NCBI GenBank assembly: GCA_045807245.1
Contig: JBJMHS010000080.1
Span: forward strand, 1-35,585
Direction: 5' to 3'
Length of the DNA stretch: 35,585 nt
Source: Actinomycetales bacterium
Lineage (GTDB): Bacteria > Actinomycetota > Actinomycetes > Actinomycetales > CAVURS01
Shown: positions 16,801 to 25,786 of the stretch, in pieces
Layout: each line of letters starts with the position of its first letter
Numbering within the stretch: the first letter of the stretch is position 1
Position numbers and translations under genes: made by a program
The notes under the pieces: generated by a model
Told to the model about the DNA's origin: nothing
Seen by the model: only the letters and a program-made list of their open reading frames with translations
Databases searched by the model: none

Positions 16801-17589
16801 TCAGTTGTCGCCGCGCAACAGTTCCAGGGTCTCGTCGTGCAGCAACCCGTTGGTCGCGACGGCGCTCCCGCCCCACGGCCCGTCCCGCCCGTCCAGCGAC
16901 GTGAACCGGCCGCCCGCCTCGGTCACGATCGGGACCAGCGCCGCCATGTCGTGCAGCTTGAGCTCGGGCTCGCAGGCGATGTCGACGGCGCCCTCGGCGA
17001 CGAGCATGTAGGACCAGAAGTCGCCGTACGCCCGGGTCCGCCAACAGCGTCGCAGCAGCTCGGTGAAACCGCTGGCCCGCCCCGCGGTGCGCCACTCGCT
17101 GATCTCGGCGTAGGAGAGCGAGGCGTCCCGCACGTCGGCGACCTTCGAGGTGTGCAGCCGCCGGGCCGCCGACAGGCTCCGCCCGGTGAACGCGCCCGAG
17201 CCGGTCGCCGCCCACCAACGCCGGCCGAGTGCCGGGGCCGACACCAGCCCGAGCACGGTCTCCTCGTCCACGACCAGGGCGATCAGAGTTGCCCACACCG
17301 GCACGCCGCGCACGAAGTTCTTCGTCCCGTCGATCGGGTCCACGACCCAGCGGCGGGGGCCGTGACCGGTGGGCTCGAACTCCTCGCCGACCACGGCGTC
17401 GCGAGGGCGGGTGCGCTGGAGCTGCGAGCGGATGACCTGCTCGGCCGATCGGTCGGCATCGCTCACGGGGGTCAGGTCGGGCTTCGTGTCGACGACCAGG
17501 TCCTCGGCCTGGAAGCGCTCCATCGTCAGCCCGTCGACGGAGTCGGCGATGACGTGGGCGAGCCGCAAGTCGTCGTCGTACCGCGTCAC
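16801..17589 (-). CDS. hisN: Histidinol-phosphatase (inositol monophosphatase family)
   Basis: KPDLTPVSDADR, GEE, WVVDPIDGTKNFVRGVPVWATLI and RAYGDFWSYMLVAEG. Confidence 0.93.
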   Translation of the reverse strand: MTRYDDDLRLAHVIADSVDGLTMERFQAEDLVVDTKPDLTPVSDADRSAEQVIRSQLQRTRPRDAVVGEEFEPTGHGPRRWVVDPIDGTKNFVRGVPVWATLIALVVDEETVLGLVSAPALGRRWWAATGSGAFTGRSLSAARRLHTSKVADVRDASLSYAEISEWRTAGRASGFTELLRRCWRTRAYGDFWSYMLVAEGAVDIACEPELKLHDMAALVPIVTEAGGRFTSLDGRDGPWGGSAVATNGLLHDETLELLRGDN

Positions 17590-17664
17590 GGCCCCGACGC
17601 TAGCGCGGCGGTTGACGAACGGACGTGTTCGACACGATCACCGGACTGGCGGGCTGAGCCGAGG

Positions 17665-18690
17665 TCAGTCGTCGGCGCCCGAGCGGGCCCGCAGCAGGCG
17701 GCGCAGCGAGTCCAGCCGGGCCCGTCCGGCCGGCCCCGCGTGACCCGCGTCCACCCACGCGTCGAGGGCGCACTCCTCCTCGTCGTGCGTGCAGCCGCGC
17801 GGGCACTGCGCCGTCCCGGGCTCCAGGTCGGGGAAGTGCTGCACGATCCGGGCCAGGTCGACGTGGGCCAGCCCGAACGAGCGGATGCCCGGAGTGTCGA
17901 CGACCCAGCCGGCGTCGTCGGGCAGCCGCAGCGCCACGGCCGACGTCGACGTGTGCCGGCCTCGACCGGTCACGTCGTTGACCAGACCGGTCGCCCGCAG
18001 CGCCCCGGGGACCAGGGCGTTGACGAGGGTCGACTTGCCGACACCCGAGTGCCCGAGCAGCACGCTCACCCGCCCGGTCAGCCGCTCGTGCAGGTCGACC
18101 AGACCATCGATGGCCCCGTCCCGGCGCCGGGTGACCACGTACGGCACGTCCAGGGGCGCGTACGTCGAGAGGAACTCCGCCGGGTCGACCAGGTCGGCTT
18201 TGGTGAGTGCGAGCAGTGGGTCGAGGTTCGCGTCGTACGCCGCGACCAGGGCCCGGTCGATCAGCCGCGGTCGTGGCGGTGGGTCGGCCAGCGACGTGAC
18301 CACGACCAGCTGGTCGACGTTGGCGACGACGACGCGTTCGACCGGGTCGGTGTCGTCGGCCGTCCGCCGGAGCACCGACCGTCGCGGCTCGACCCGCACG
18401 ATCCGGGCCAGCTCGTCCGAACTGCCGCCGGTCTCGCCCACCAGGGCGACGTGGTCGCCGACCACCACGCCCTTGCGGCCGAGCTCGCGCGCCTTCATCG
18501 CGGTGACCTCGCGCAGCGAGCGGCCCTCGCCGACCGTGACGCCGAAGCGTCCACGGTCCACCCGGACGACGAAGCCGGTCTCCGCGTCCTCGTGCCGCGG
18601 CCGGTCCTTGCTGCGCGGCCGTGACCCGCGGGGGTTCGGGCGGATCCGGACGTCGTCCTCGTCGTAGTCCGCCGGGCGGCGCGGGCTCAT
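17665..18690 (-). CDS. rsgA: Ribosome small subunit-dependent GTPase A
   Basis: [29 protein letters not shown] and the zinc site CPRGCTH...C. Confidence 0.95.
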   Translation of the reverse strand: MSPRRPADYDEDDVRIRPNPRGSRPRSKDRPRHEDAETGFVVRVDRGRFGVTVGEGRSLREVTAMKARELGRKGVVVGDHVALVGETGGSSDELARIVRVEPRRSVLRRTADDTDPVERVVVANVDQLVVVTSLADPPPRPRLIDRALVAAYDANLDPLLALTKADLVDPAEFLSTYAPLDVPYVVTRRRDGAIDGLVDLHERLTGRVSVLLGHSGVGKSTLVNALVPGALRATGLVNDVTGRGRHTSTSAVALRLPDDAGWVVDTPGIRSFGLAHVDLARIVQHFPDLEPGTAQCPRGCTHDEEECALDAWVDAGHAGPAGRARLDSLRRLLRARSGADD

Positions 18691-19967
18691 CCGCCGCCGT
18701 CGAGCATCTGCTGCCACAGGCCGGTGAAGCCGGGCAGGGTCTTGCCGGTCGTCTCGACATCCTCGACCAGAAGGCCCGGGACGGCCAGGCCCAAGACGGC
18801 GGCGGCCATCGCGATCCGGTGATCGGCGTACGTGGCAAAGGTATTGCCCTGCAACGGCTTCGGCGCGAACTTCAGGCCGTCAGCGGTCTCGGTCACTGCT
18901 CCGCCCAGCCGGTTGATCTCGGTGGCCAGGGCCGCCAGACGGTCGGTCTCGTGCCCGCGCAGGTGCGCGATCCCGGTGATCCGTGACGGCGAGTCGGCCA
19001 GGGCGGCGAGCGCGGCGATCACCGGCGTGAGCTCACCCGCGTCGTGCAGGTCGACGTCGATGCCGGACACCTCCGCGCCGCCCCTCACCGTGAGCCCGGC
19101 CGCGTCCAGTGACACGTCGGCGCCCATGGCGTCGAGGATGTCGCGCAGGGCATCGCCGGCCTGGGTGGTGCGCTGGGGCCACCCGGGCACGGTCACCCGC
19201 CCCCCCGTCACGAGCGCGGCCGCCAGGAACGGCGCGGCGTTCGACAGGTCCGGCTCGACCTCGATGTCGAGCGGGTAGATCTGGCCCGGGTGCACCCGCC
19301 AGGTGTCCGGCTCGGAGTCGTCGACCCGCACCCCCGCGTCGCGCAGCACCTCCACCGTCATCGCGATGTGCGGCTCGCTCGGCACCGGCCCGCCCTCGTG
19401 CCGGACGGTGACCCCCTCGGCGTACCGGGTGCCGGCCAGGAGCAGCCCGGAGACGAACTGGCTGGACGAGGACGCATCCAGCCTGACCAGCCCGCCCTCG
19501 AGCCCGCCCGCGCCGTGGACGACGAACGGCAGTGCGGCCCGGCCCTCGTCCTCGATGACGGCACCCAGGTCCCGCAGGGCGCCCAGCATCGGGCCCATCG
19601 GCCGGGCCCGCGCCTGCTCGTCGCCGTCGAAGCTGATCTCGCCCTCGGCCAGTACGGCCACGGGGGGCAGGAACCGCATCACGGTGCCGGCCAGGCCGGT
19701 GTCCACCTTGGCCGGGCCGCGCAGGGCGGACGGCGTGACGACCCAGTCGTTGCCGAGGTCGGCCACCTCGACGCCGAGGGCGGACAGGGCCGCCGCCATC
19801 AGCAGGGTGTCGCGGGACCGCAGCGGACGGTGCAGCCGCGACCGGCCGGCCGCCAGTGCGGCCATGACGAGGTAACGGTTCGTGAGCGACTTGCTGCCCG
19901 GCAGCGTGACTGTTGCGTCGACCGGGCCGGCAGCGGTCGGCGCGGGCCACAGATCGGGGCTCGTCAC
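18687..19967 (-). CDS. aroA: 3-phosphoshikimate 1-carboxyvinyltransferase (EPSP synthase)
   Basis: [44 protein letters not shown] and KTLPGF. Confidence 0.97.
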   Translation of the reverse strand: MTSPDLWPAPTAAGPVDATVTLPGSKSLTNRYLVMAALAAGRSRLHRPLRSRDTLLMAAALSALGVEVADLGNDWVVTPSALRGPAKVDTGLAGTVMRFLPPVAVLAEGEISFDGDEQARARPMGPMLGALRDLGAVIEDEGRAALPFVVHGAGGLEGGLVRLDASSSSQFVSGLLLAGTRYAEGVTVRHEGGPVPSEPHIAMTVEVLRDAGVRVDDSEPDTWRVHPGQIYPLDIEVEPDLSNAAPFLAAALVTGGRVTVPGWPQRTTQAGDALRDILDAMGADVSLDAAGLTVRGGAEVSGIDVDLHDAGELTPVIAALAALADSPSRITGIAHLRGHETDRLAALATEINRLGGAVTETADGLKFAPKPLQGNTFATYADHRIAMAAAVLGLAVPGLLVEDVETTGKTLPGFTGLWQQMLDGGG

Positions 19968-19988
19968 CCGGTCATTGTCGCGTAGCCG

Positions 19989-20531
19989 TCAGGGCAAAGC
20001 GTCCAACGCGTGGCGCGCCGCCAGCCGGGTCTCCGCCTTCGCGGCCCGGGCGCTCAGCTTGGCCTCCTTCTTCGCCGTCCGGGCCGCCCGCGCGGTGTCC
20101 TTGGCCGCCCGGCGGGCCCGCCACGGGATGCCGGGCTTGCCACCGGTGTCGACGGCGGCGAGCAGTGTGCCGCCGAGCAGGCCGAGGTTCTTCAGCAGGT
20201 GCACCCGCTGGTTGCGCCGCTGCACGGGATCGGACTCCTTCCAGAAGGCGTGCCCGGCCACCGTCGTCGGCACGATCGACCCGGCCAGGACCAGCGCGCT
20301 CAGCCGGGGCAGCCGTCCGGTCGCGAACAGCCCACCCGCGGTCACCATTGCCGCCCCGTTGGCCCGTACCAACAGCTCGGGGTCGTCCGGCAGGTGGAGC
20401 GGTCCGGCGATCTTGTGCACCAGAGGCGCGGCCTTGGCCACCTTCGGCGACGGATGCCGCAACGCGTCGAGGCCTCCGTCGATGAACATCGCCGCCAGCA
20501 GCGGCCGGGCCAGGCGTCGTACCACGGTCAT
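19989..20531 (-). CDS. DoxX family membrane protein
   Basis: RRLARPLLAAMFIDGG, PTTVAGHAFW and KNLGLLGG. GGAGG SD upstream. Confidence 0.88.
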   Translation of the reverse strand: MTVVRRLARPLLAAMFIDGGLDALRHPSPKVAKAAPLVHKIAGPLHLPDDPELLVRANGAAMVTAGGLFATGRLPRLSALVLAGSIVPTTVAGHAFWKESDPVQRRNQRVHLLKNLGLLGGTLLAAVDTGGKPGIPWRARRAAKDTARAARTAKKEAKLSARAAKAETRLAARHALDALP

Positions 20532-20635
20532 GCGTCCTCCAGGCTCGGGTCGTCCTCGCCATTCTGTCCTGTCCTCATCCTCCCGCCGGACCCGCTCCGC
20601 CGCCCACTCGGGCCGCCCTGGCTACCCTCTGCCCC

Positions 20636-21454
20636 ATGTGTGGCCGGTACGCCGCGAGCGCCCACCCGGACGACCTGGTGGAGGAGTTCGACGTCGACGA
20701 GGACCGTACGGCGGACGGCGACGCCGCGCCGTGGGCGCCGAAGTACAACACCGCACCCACGGACACCGCCCCGGTCGTGCTCACCCGGCGGCCGCGGGGT
20801 GAGCCCGACGCCCATCCGGTCCGCCAGCTGCGCCTGCTGCGCTGGGGCCTGGTGCCCTCGTGGTCCAAGAGCGCGGCGGGCGGGGCCAAGATGATCAACG
20901 CCCGGGCCGAGACGCTGTTCGACGCCGCGGCGTACAAGCGCACCGCTCTGGTGCGGCGCTGCCTGGTTCCCGCCGACGGCTGGTACGAGTGGCAGGCCAG
21001 CCCGACGGCGCTGGACCGCAAGGGCAAGCCGCGCAAGCAGCCGTTCTTCGTCCACCGCCGCGACCGTGACGGGTCACCGGGGTCCAGCCTCGCCTTCGCC
21101 GGGCTGTACGAGTTCTGGAAGGACCGCAGCCGGCCGGACGACGACCCGGCGGCCTGGTTGGTGAGCTACACCATCATCACCACCGCGGCCGAGCCCGGGC
21201 TGGACCGCATCCACGACCGGATGCCGGTCGTGCTCGACCCCGATCACTGGGGCCAGTGGCTGGACCCGGACCTGGACGACCCGGCGGTCGTCAGGGCCCT
21301 GCTGGCGTCGCCCGGGCCGGGCCGGTTCGCGGCCTACCCGGTCAGCGGCCTGGTCAGCTCGGTGCGCAACGACGGCCCGCAGCTGCTCGACGCCGCGCCG
21401 GCCGAGGACCTGGTGGGCGTGGTCGACCCGATGACGGGCGAGATCATCGGATGA
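20636..21454 (+). CDS. SOS response-associated peptidase (SRAP/YedK/HMCES family)
   Basis: N-terminal MCGRY, YNTAPT, RWGLVPSW, INARAET, DGWYEW and IHDRMP. Confidence 0.95.
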   Translation: MCGRYAASAHPDDLVEEFDVDEDRTADGDAAPWAPKYNTAPTDTAPVVLTRRPRGEPDAHPVRQLRLLRWGLVPSWSKSAAGGAKMINARAETLFDAAAYKRTALVRRCLVPADGWYEWQASPTALDRKGKPRKQPFFVHRRDRDGSPGSSLAFAGLYEFWKDRSRPDDDPAAWLVSYTIITTAAEPGLDRIHDRMPVVLDPDHWGQWLDPDLDDPAVVRALLASPGPGRFAAYPVSGLVSSVRNDGPQLLDAAPAEDLVGVVDPMTGEIIG

Positions 21455-22128
21455 GGACCTCCCAGCGAGAGGTCGGTACGCCGCTCGGCCCGGCCCGGGT
21501 GCACCTCGCCCGGGGCGGCGAGGCCGGCGGGAGCGGGCCCCGCGGCACGCTCCTGCTCGGCCACGGTGCCAGCGGAGGGGTCGGGGCGGCCGACCTGCAG
21601 GCGGCGGCCAAGCGCGCCGTGGCGGCCGGTTGGGTGGTCGGGCTGGTCGAGCAGCCCTGGCGGGTGGCCGGCCGTCGCGTCGCGACGCCGCCACCCCAGC
21701 TCGACATCGGCTGGACCGCCGTGGTGGAGGGCGTGGAGTCCGGGCGGGGCCGGTTGCCGCGCCCGTTCGTCTTCGGTGGCCGCAGTGCGGGCGCACGGGT
21801 GGCCTGCCGGCTGGCCGGGCCGCTGGGTGCCACCGGCGTGGTCGCCCTGGCCTTCCCGCTCCACCCACCGGGCCGGCCGGAGCGCTCGCGGTTCGCCGAG
21901 CTGGCCGCCGCTGTGGCCGCGAAGGTGCCGGTCGCGGTGGTCCAGGGCGAGCGTGACCCGTTCGGCACGCCGGAGGAGGTGCGGTCGGCCCTGACCGGGC
22001 TGTCCGCGGCCGAGCGCAAGCGGGTGCACCTGAGCGCCGTACCGGGCGACCATGGCCTCAAGGGTGGCGTGGGCCCCGCGGCCGATGCCGTCGAGGCGTT
22101 CCTGCGGGCGCTCCAGACCGCGCGGTAG
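21451..22128 (+). CDS. Alpha/beta hydrolase family protein
   Basis: LGHGASGG, GGRSAGARVACR, LAFPLHPPG, QGERDPFG and GDH. ATGA overlap with the SRAP gene. Confidence 0.88.
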   Translation: MRTSQREVGTPLGPARVHLARGGEAGGSGPRGTLLLGHGASGGVGAADLQAAAKRAVAAGWVVGLVEQPWRVAGRRVATPPPQLDIGWTAVVEGVESGRGRLPRPFVFGGRSAGARVACRLAGPLGATGVVALAFPLHPPGRPERSRFAELAAAVAAKVPVAVVQGERDPFGTPEEVRSALTGLSAAERKRVHLSAVPGDHGLKGGVGPAADAVEAFLRALQTAR

Positions 22129-22156
22129 ACCCCGCCGTAGATCCCGCTCTCGAGCC

Positions 22157-22690
22157 TCAGAGCGTTCCGCCGGCCGCCTCCGGTGCGGACGGGTCTGCCC
22201 CGCTGTCCGCGACCGTCTCGCGGGCCAGGTGCTCCTCGATCCGGAACCAGTCGTCCCCGGCGCGCTCGGCGATGGTCACCAGCGTCGCGGCCGAGGCGAC
22301 CTCCTCGACCTGCTCCTTGAGGAACCAGAGCATGAACTGCTCACCGAGCATGTCGTTCTCGTCGCGGGCGGCCTTGAACAAGGCCTCCACCTGCGCGGTC
22401 ACGGCCTGCTCCTGCGCGAGCGCCACCCCCAGGGGCTCCAACGGGGTCCGGAAGTCCTGCCGCACCTCGTCCACGCCCGGGATCGGCGCCGGCAGGTCCC
22501 GGTCCAGCAGGTAACGCACCATCATCATCGCGTGGTTGCGCTCCTCGACCGCCTGCCGGTAGAACCGCCCGGCCAGCCGGGGCAGGTCCTGCTTGTCGAA
22601 CCACACCGCGGCCGCGATGTACTGCTGCTGCGCCGTGAACTCGTTGCGGATCTGCTGGCCGAGCAGGTCGACGAAGCGGGTGCTGGTCAT
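22157..22690 (-). CDS. Non-heme ferritin
   Basis: QIRNEFTAQQQY, QAVEERNHAMM, EQFMLWFLKEQVEE. TACGCT lies 7 nt upstream. Confidence 0.93.
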   Translation of the reverse strand: MTSTRFVDLLGQQIRNEFTAQQQYIAAAVWFDKQDLPRLAGRFYRQAVEERNHAMMMVRYLLDRDLPAPIPGVDEVRQDFRTPLEPLGVALAQEQAVTAQVEALFKAARDENDMLGEQFMLWFLKEQVEEVASAATLVTIAERAGDDWFRIEEHLARETVADSGADPSAPEAAGGTL

Positions 22691-22731
22691 GCGCCGGAGC
22701 GTAACCGAGGCCCGGTTCGTCGCCGGGTGGC

Positions 22732-22758
22732 GGAATGCTCGGCCGGTCCGGGTGCGTT
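22732..22758 (+). promoter_or_regulatory. SigR/SigH-dependent autoregulatory promoter
   Basis: GGAATG-N17-CGTT upstream of the sigma gene. Confidence 0.75.
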
Positions 22759-22851
22759 CACGCGGACGTGCTACTGGCAGCCCTCCCGCAGGAGATCCCC
22801 TCGCTGACCGACCTCGGCGCCGTCCAGTCAGGCTCGCTAAGGTTGCGTCCG

Positions 22852-23496
22852 ATGACCGACCAGACGGACGAGACCGACCAGTCGGCGGACGACACGCAGC
22901 GCGCCCCCGAGGGTGAGACGGACGCGCAGCGCAGTGCGCGCTTCGAGACCGACGCCCTCCAGTACCTCGACCAGCTCTACTCCGCGGCCCTGCGGATGAC
23001 GCGCAACCCGAGCGACGCCGAGGATCTGGTCCAGGAGACGTTCGCCAAGGCGTTCGCGGCCTTCCACCAGTACCGGCCGGGCACGAACCTCAAGGCCTGG
23101 CTGTACCGGATCCTCACCAACACCTACATCAACTCCTACCGCAAGAAGCAGCGGCAGCCGCAGCAGTCCGACGCCCAGGAGATCGAGGACTACCAGCTGC
23201 ACCGGGCCGAGTCGCACTCCTCGACCGGCCTGCGCTCGGCCGAGACGGCCGCCCTCGACCACCTGCCGGACAGTGACGTCAAGGACGCCCTGCAGGCGAT
23301 CCCCGAGGACTTCCGGATCGCCGTCTACTTGGCCGACGTCGAGGGCTTTGCCTACAAAGAGATCGCGGACATCATGGGTACGCCGATCGGCACCGTGATG
23401 TCGCGGTTGCACCGGGGCCGGCGCCAGCTGCGCGAGCTGCTCGAGGACTATGCGCGTGAGCGCGGTCTGGTGGACGCCAAGGAGGCCGGGTCATGA
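22852..23496 (+). CDS. sigH: ECF sigma factor SigR/SigH
   Basis: [44 protein letters not shown] and [21 protein letters not shown] lies 8 nt before the ATG. Confidence 0.95.
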   Translation: MTDQTDETDQSADDTQRAPEGETDAQRSARFETDALQYLDQLYSAALRMTRNPSDAEDLVQETFAKAFAAFHQYRPGTNLKAWLYRILTNTYINSYRKKQRQPQQSDAQEIEDYQLHRAESHSSTGLRSAETAALDHLPDSDVKDALQAIPEDFRIAVYLADVEGFAYKEIADIMGTPIGTVMSRLHRGRRQLRELLEDYARERGLVDAKEAGS

Positions 23497-23768
23497 GCTG
23501 CGGCAAGGAGCACGAGACCCCCTGCACCGAGGTCCTGGACCGGGTCTTCGAGTACCTGGACGGCGAGATGGGCGAGCCGGACTGCACGAAGATCCAGGTG
23601 CACCTGGACGAGTGCAGCCACTGCTTGGACGAGTACCAGCGCGACCAGCTGCTCAAGGCCCTGGTCCGCCGCTCGTGCAGCGGCGAGGTGGCCCCAGCGG
23701 GCCTGCGGACCCGGATCATGGCCACCATCACCACGGTGACCTCCGTCGAGTACCGCTTCGAGGGCTAG
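23493..23768 (+). CDS. rsrA: Zinc-binding anti-sigma factor RsrA/RshA
   Basis: ZAS motif HLDECSHC, translationally coupled to the sigma gene. Confidence 0.93.
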   Translation: MSCGKEHETPCTEVLDRVFEYLDGEMGEPDCTKIQVHLDECSHCLDEYQRDQLLKALVRRSCSGEVAPAGLRTRIMATITTVTSVEYRFEG

Positions 23769-23775
23769 CCCGCGC

Positions 23776-23850
23776 TCAGGCGTTGGGCTTCTTGCCGTGG
23801 TTCGCGGCGTTGCCCTTGCGGGTGCGGCGCTTGCGGGCGCGCTTGCTCAT
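23776..23850 (-). CDS. 50S ribosomal protein bL37
   Basis: MSKRARKRRTRKGNAANHGKKPNA (24 aa), GGAG SD, at its usual position next to rsrA. Confidence 0.9.
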   Translation of the reverse strand: MSKRARKRRTRKGNAANHGKKPNA

Positions 23851-23919
23851 GACGACTCCAACCGATCGTTGTGGGATTCGGCACCGATCTTCCCATACCC
23901 GGTCGACTAGCCTGTCCGC

Positions 23920-24135
23920 GTGCCTGAGGAAGTCCGCGCCGAGATGGTGGCCAACGTGCTGTCCGTAGCTGTCGCCGAGGGAGAGCAGGTGCAGCCAGGA
24001 CAGACGCTCGCGATCCTGGAGTCCATGAAGATGGAGATCCCCGTCGTGCCCGAGTCCGGTGGCGTCGTACGGCGGGTGGCGGTCGCGGTCGGTGACGTCG
24101 TCCAGGAGGGTGACCTGCTGGTTAGCCTGGAGTAG
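23920..24135 (+). CDS. Stand-alone biotin/lipoyl carrier protein
   Basis: ILESMKMEIPV motif, 71 aa. TAGCCT lies 6 nt upstream. Confidence 0.92.
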   Translation: MPEEVRAEMVANVLSVAVAEGEQVQPGQTLAILESMKMEIPVVPESGGVVRRVAVAVGDVVQEGDLLVSLE

Positions 24136-24170
24136 CCACGGACGGCTCAAGGTGGACGCAAAAGCCGCCG

Positions 24171-25268
24171 ATGAGCAGGAGCGTGCCCGAGCCACTGTCG
24201 ATCCTTCCCTACCTGCAGGCTCTCAACGAGCTGAAGGGTTCCGACCTGCACTGCAAGGTCGGGTCGCCGCCACGCATCCGCATCGACGGTCGCCTGCGCC
24301 GCCTGCAGGCCCCCGACCTGCGCACCGAGGACACCGAGCACATGGTGGACGAGGTCATGCGCGACGACCTGCGCGCCGAGTTCGCCAAGACCAACGAGGC
24401 CGACTTCGCGTACAGCATCCCGGGGATCGGCCGGTTCCGCGTCAACGCGTTCCGGGCCCGTGGCAGCGCCGGCCTGGTCATGCGCCGGGTCTCCTTCGGC
24501 GCCATCCCGCTGGACCTGCTCGGCGTGCCGGGGGTCATCAAGCAGCTGGCCCTCGAGCCCCGCGGCCTGGTCCTGGTCACCGGTCCGACCGGCTCCGGCA
24601 AGACGACCACGCTGGCCGGCATGGTGGACCACATCAACACCAACCGCGAGGTCCACATCGTCACGATCGAGGACCCGATCGAGATCATGCACTCGGACAA
24701 CCTGTCCATGATCAACCAGCGGGAGGTCCGGCTCGACACGGCCGACTTCGCGGTGGCGTTGCGGGCGGCGATGCGCCAGGACCCCGACGTGATCCTGGTC
24801 GGTGAGATGCGTGACACCGAGACGGTCAAGGCAGCCCTGGCCGCGGCGGAGACCGGTCACTTCGTCATGTCCACCCTGCACACGGCGGACGCGCGCGAGA
24901 CGATCGCCCGCATCATCGACTTCTTCCCGCCGCACGAGCACAAGCAGGTCCGGCTCGCGCTGGCCGGCTCGCTGCGCGGCATCATCTGCCAGCGGCTGGT
25001 GCCCCGCGCGGACGGCCAGGGTCGTTGCGTGGCGATGGAGATCTGCGTCGTCACCGGGCGCGTGGCCGAGGCCATCGCGGACGAGGACAAGACGAGCAGC
25101 ATCACCGAGCTGATCAAGGAAGGCTCGTACTACGGGATGCAGACGTTCGACCAGCACCTGGTCGAGCTCATCCGGGACGGCGTCATCACCCTCGAGGGCG
25201 GCATGGCCGTCGCCAGCAACCCGCACGACCTCACGGTGGAGCTGCGGCGCCTGGGTCTGGTGGCCTGA
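24171..25268 (+). CDS. pilT: PilT/PilU family type IV pilus retraction ATPase
   Basis: SDLH, RFRVNAF, TGPTGSGKTTT, TIEDPIE, QREV, RQDPDVILVGEMRD, ETGH, TLHT and GMQTFDQHL. Confidence 0.92.
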   Translation: MSRSVPEPLSILPYLQALNELKGSDLHCKVGSPPRIRIDGRLRRLQAPDLRTEDTEHMVDEVMRDDLRAEFAKTNEADFAYSIPGIGRFRVNAFRARGSAGLVMRRVSFGAIPLDLLGVPGVIKQLALEPRGLVLVTGPTGSGKTTTLAGMVDHINTNREVHIVTIEDPIEIMHSDNLSMINQREVRLDTADFAVALRAAMRQDPDVILVGEMRDTETVKAALAAAETGHFVMSTLHTADARETIARIIDFFPPHEHKQVRLALAGSLRGIICQRLVPRADGQGRCVAMEICVVTGRVAEAIADEDKTSSITELIKEGSYYGMQTFDQHLVELIRDGVITLEGGMAVASNPHDLTVELRRLGLVA

Positions 25269-25271
25269 CCG

Positions 25272-25766
25272 CTACTCGAGCGCGAGCTCGTACGCGATCA
25301 GGGAGATGACCTCGGTCGGGACCCAGTCCCGCGCGGGCGCGCGCCGGAACCCCATCCGCCGGTAGAGACTCTGCGCCGTGTCCATGTGCACGTCGGTGCA
25401 CATGACCAGGGCGATACATCGTTCGGCCCGGGCGCGGTCGATGCAGGCCTGCACCAGGGCCCGCCCGACCCCACGGCCCTGCGCCTGCGGGTCGACGCCG
25501 AGCATGCGGAACTCCGCCTCGCCCGGGCGGCTCACCTCGGCGTACCGGCCCCCCGGCCGCACATAGGTGACCGTGCCGACCAGGCGATCGTCGGGGTCGA
25601 GAGCGACCAGCAGGGTGGCGTCGCGAGCACGCGAGCGGCCGTCGCGCAGTGTGGGGCGGTACTCCTCCTCGATGAAGCCGTCCGCGAAGTAGGCGGTCTC
25701 GCAGATCCGGCCGGCCGTGTCGGCCTCGGCGTCGTTCTGCACCTGACGGACGGTGAAGGAGCGCAC
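25272..25766 (-). CDS. GNAT family N-acetyltransferase
   Basis: EFRMLGVDPQAQGRGVGRALV...AQSLYRRMGF. Confidence 0.9.
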   Translation of the reverse strand: MRSFTVRQVQNDAEADTAGRICETAYFADGFIEEEYRPTLRDGRSRARDATLLVALDPDDRLVGTVTYVRPGGRYAEVSRPGEAEFRMLGVDPQAQGRGVGRALVQACIDRARAERCIALVMCTDVHMDTAQSLYRRMGFRRAPARDWVPTEVISLIAYELALE

Positions 25767-25786
25767 CGGCCGATCATGACAGGCGG

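Noticed and set aside
20560..20635. SOS box or PafBC motif upstream of the SRAP gene
   Set aside because: Only a TACCCT -10 is present. Neither TGTCGG at the right spacing nor GAAC-N4-GTTC was found.
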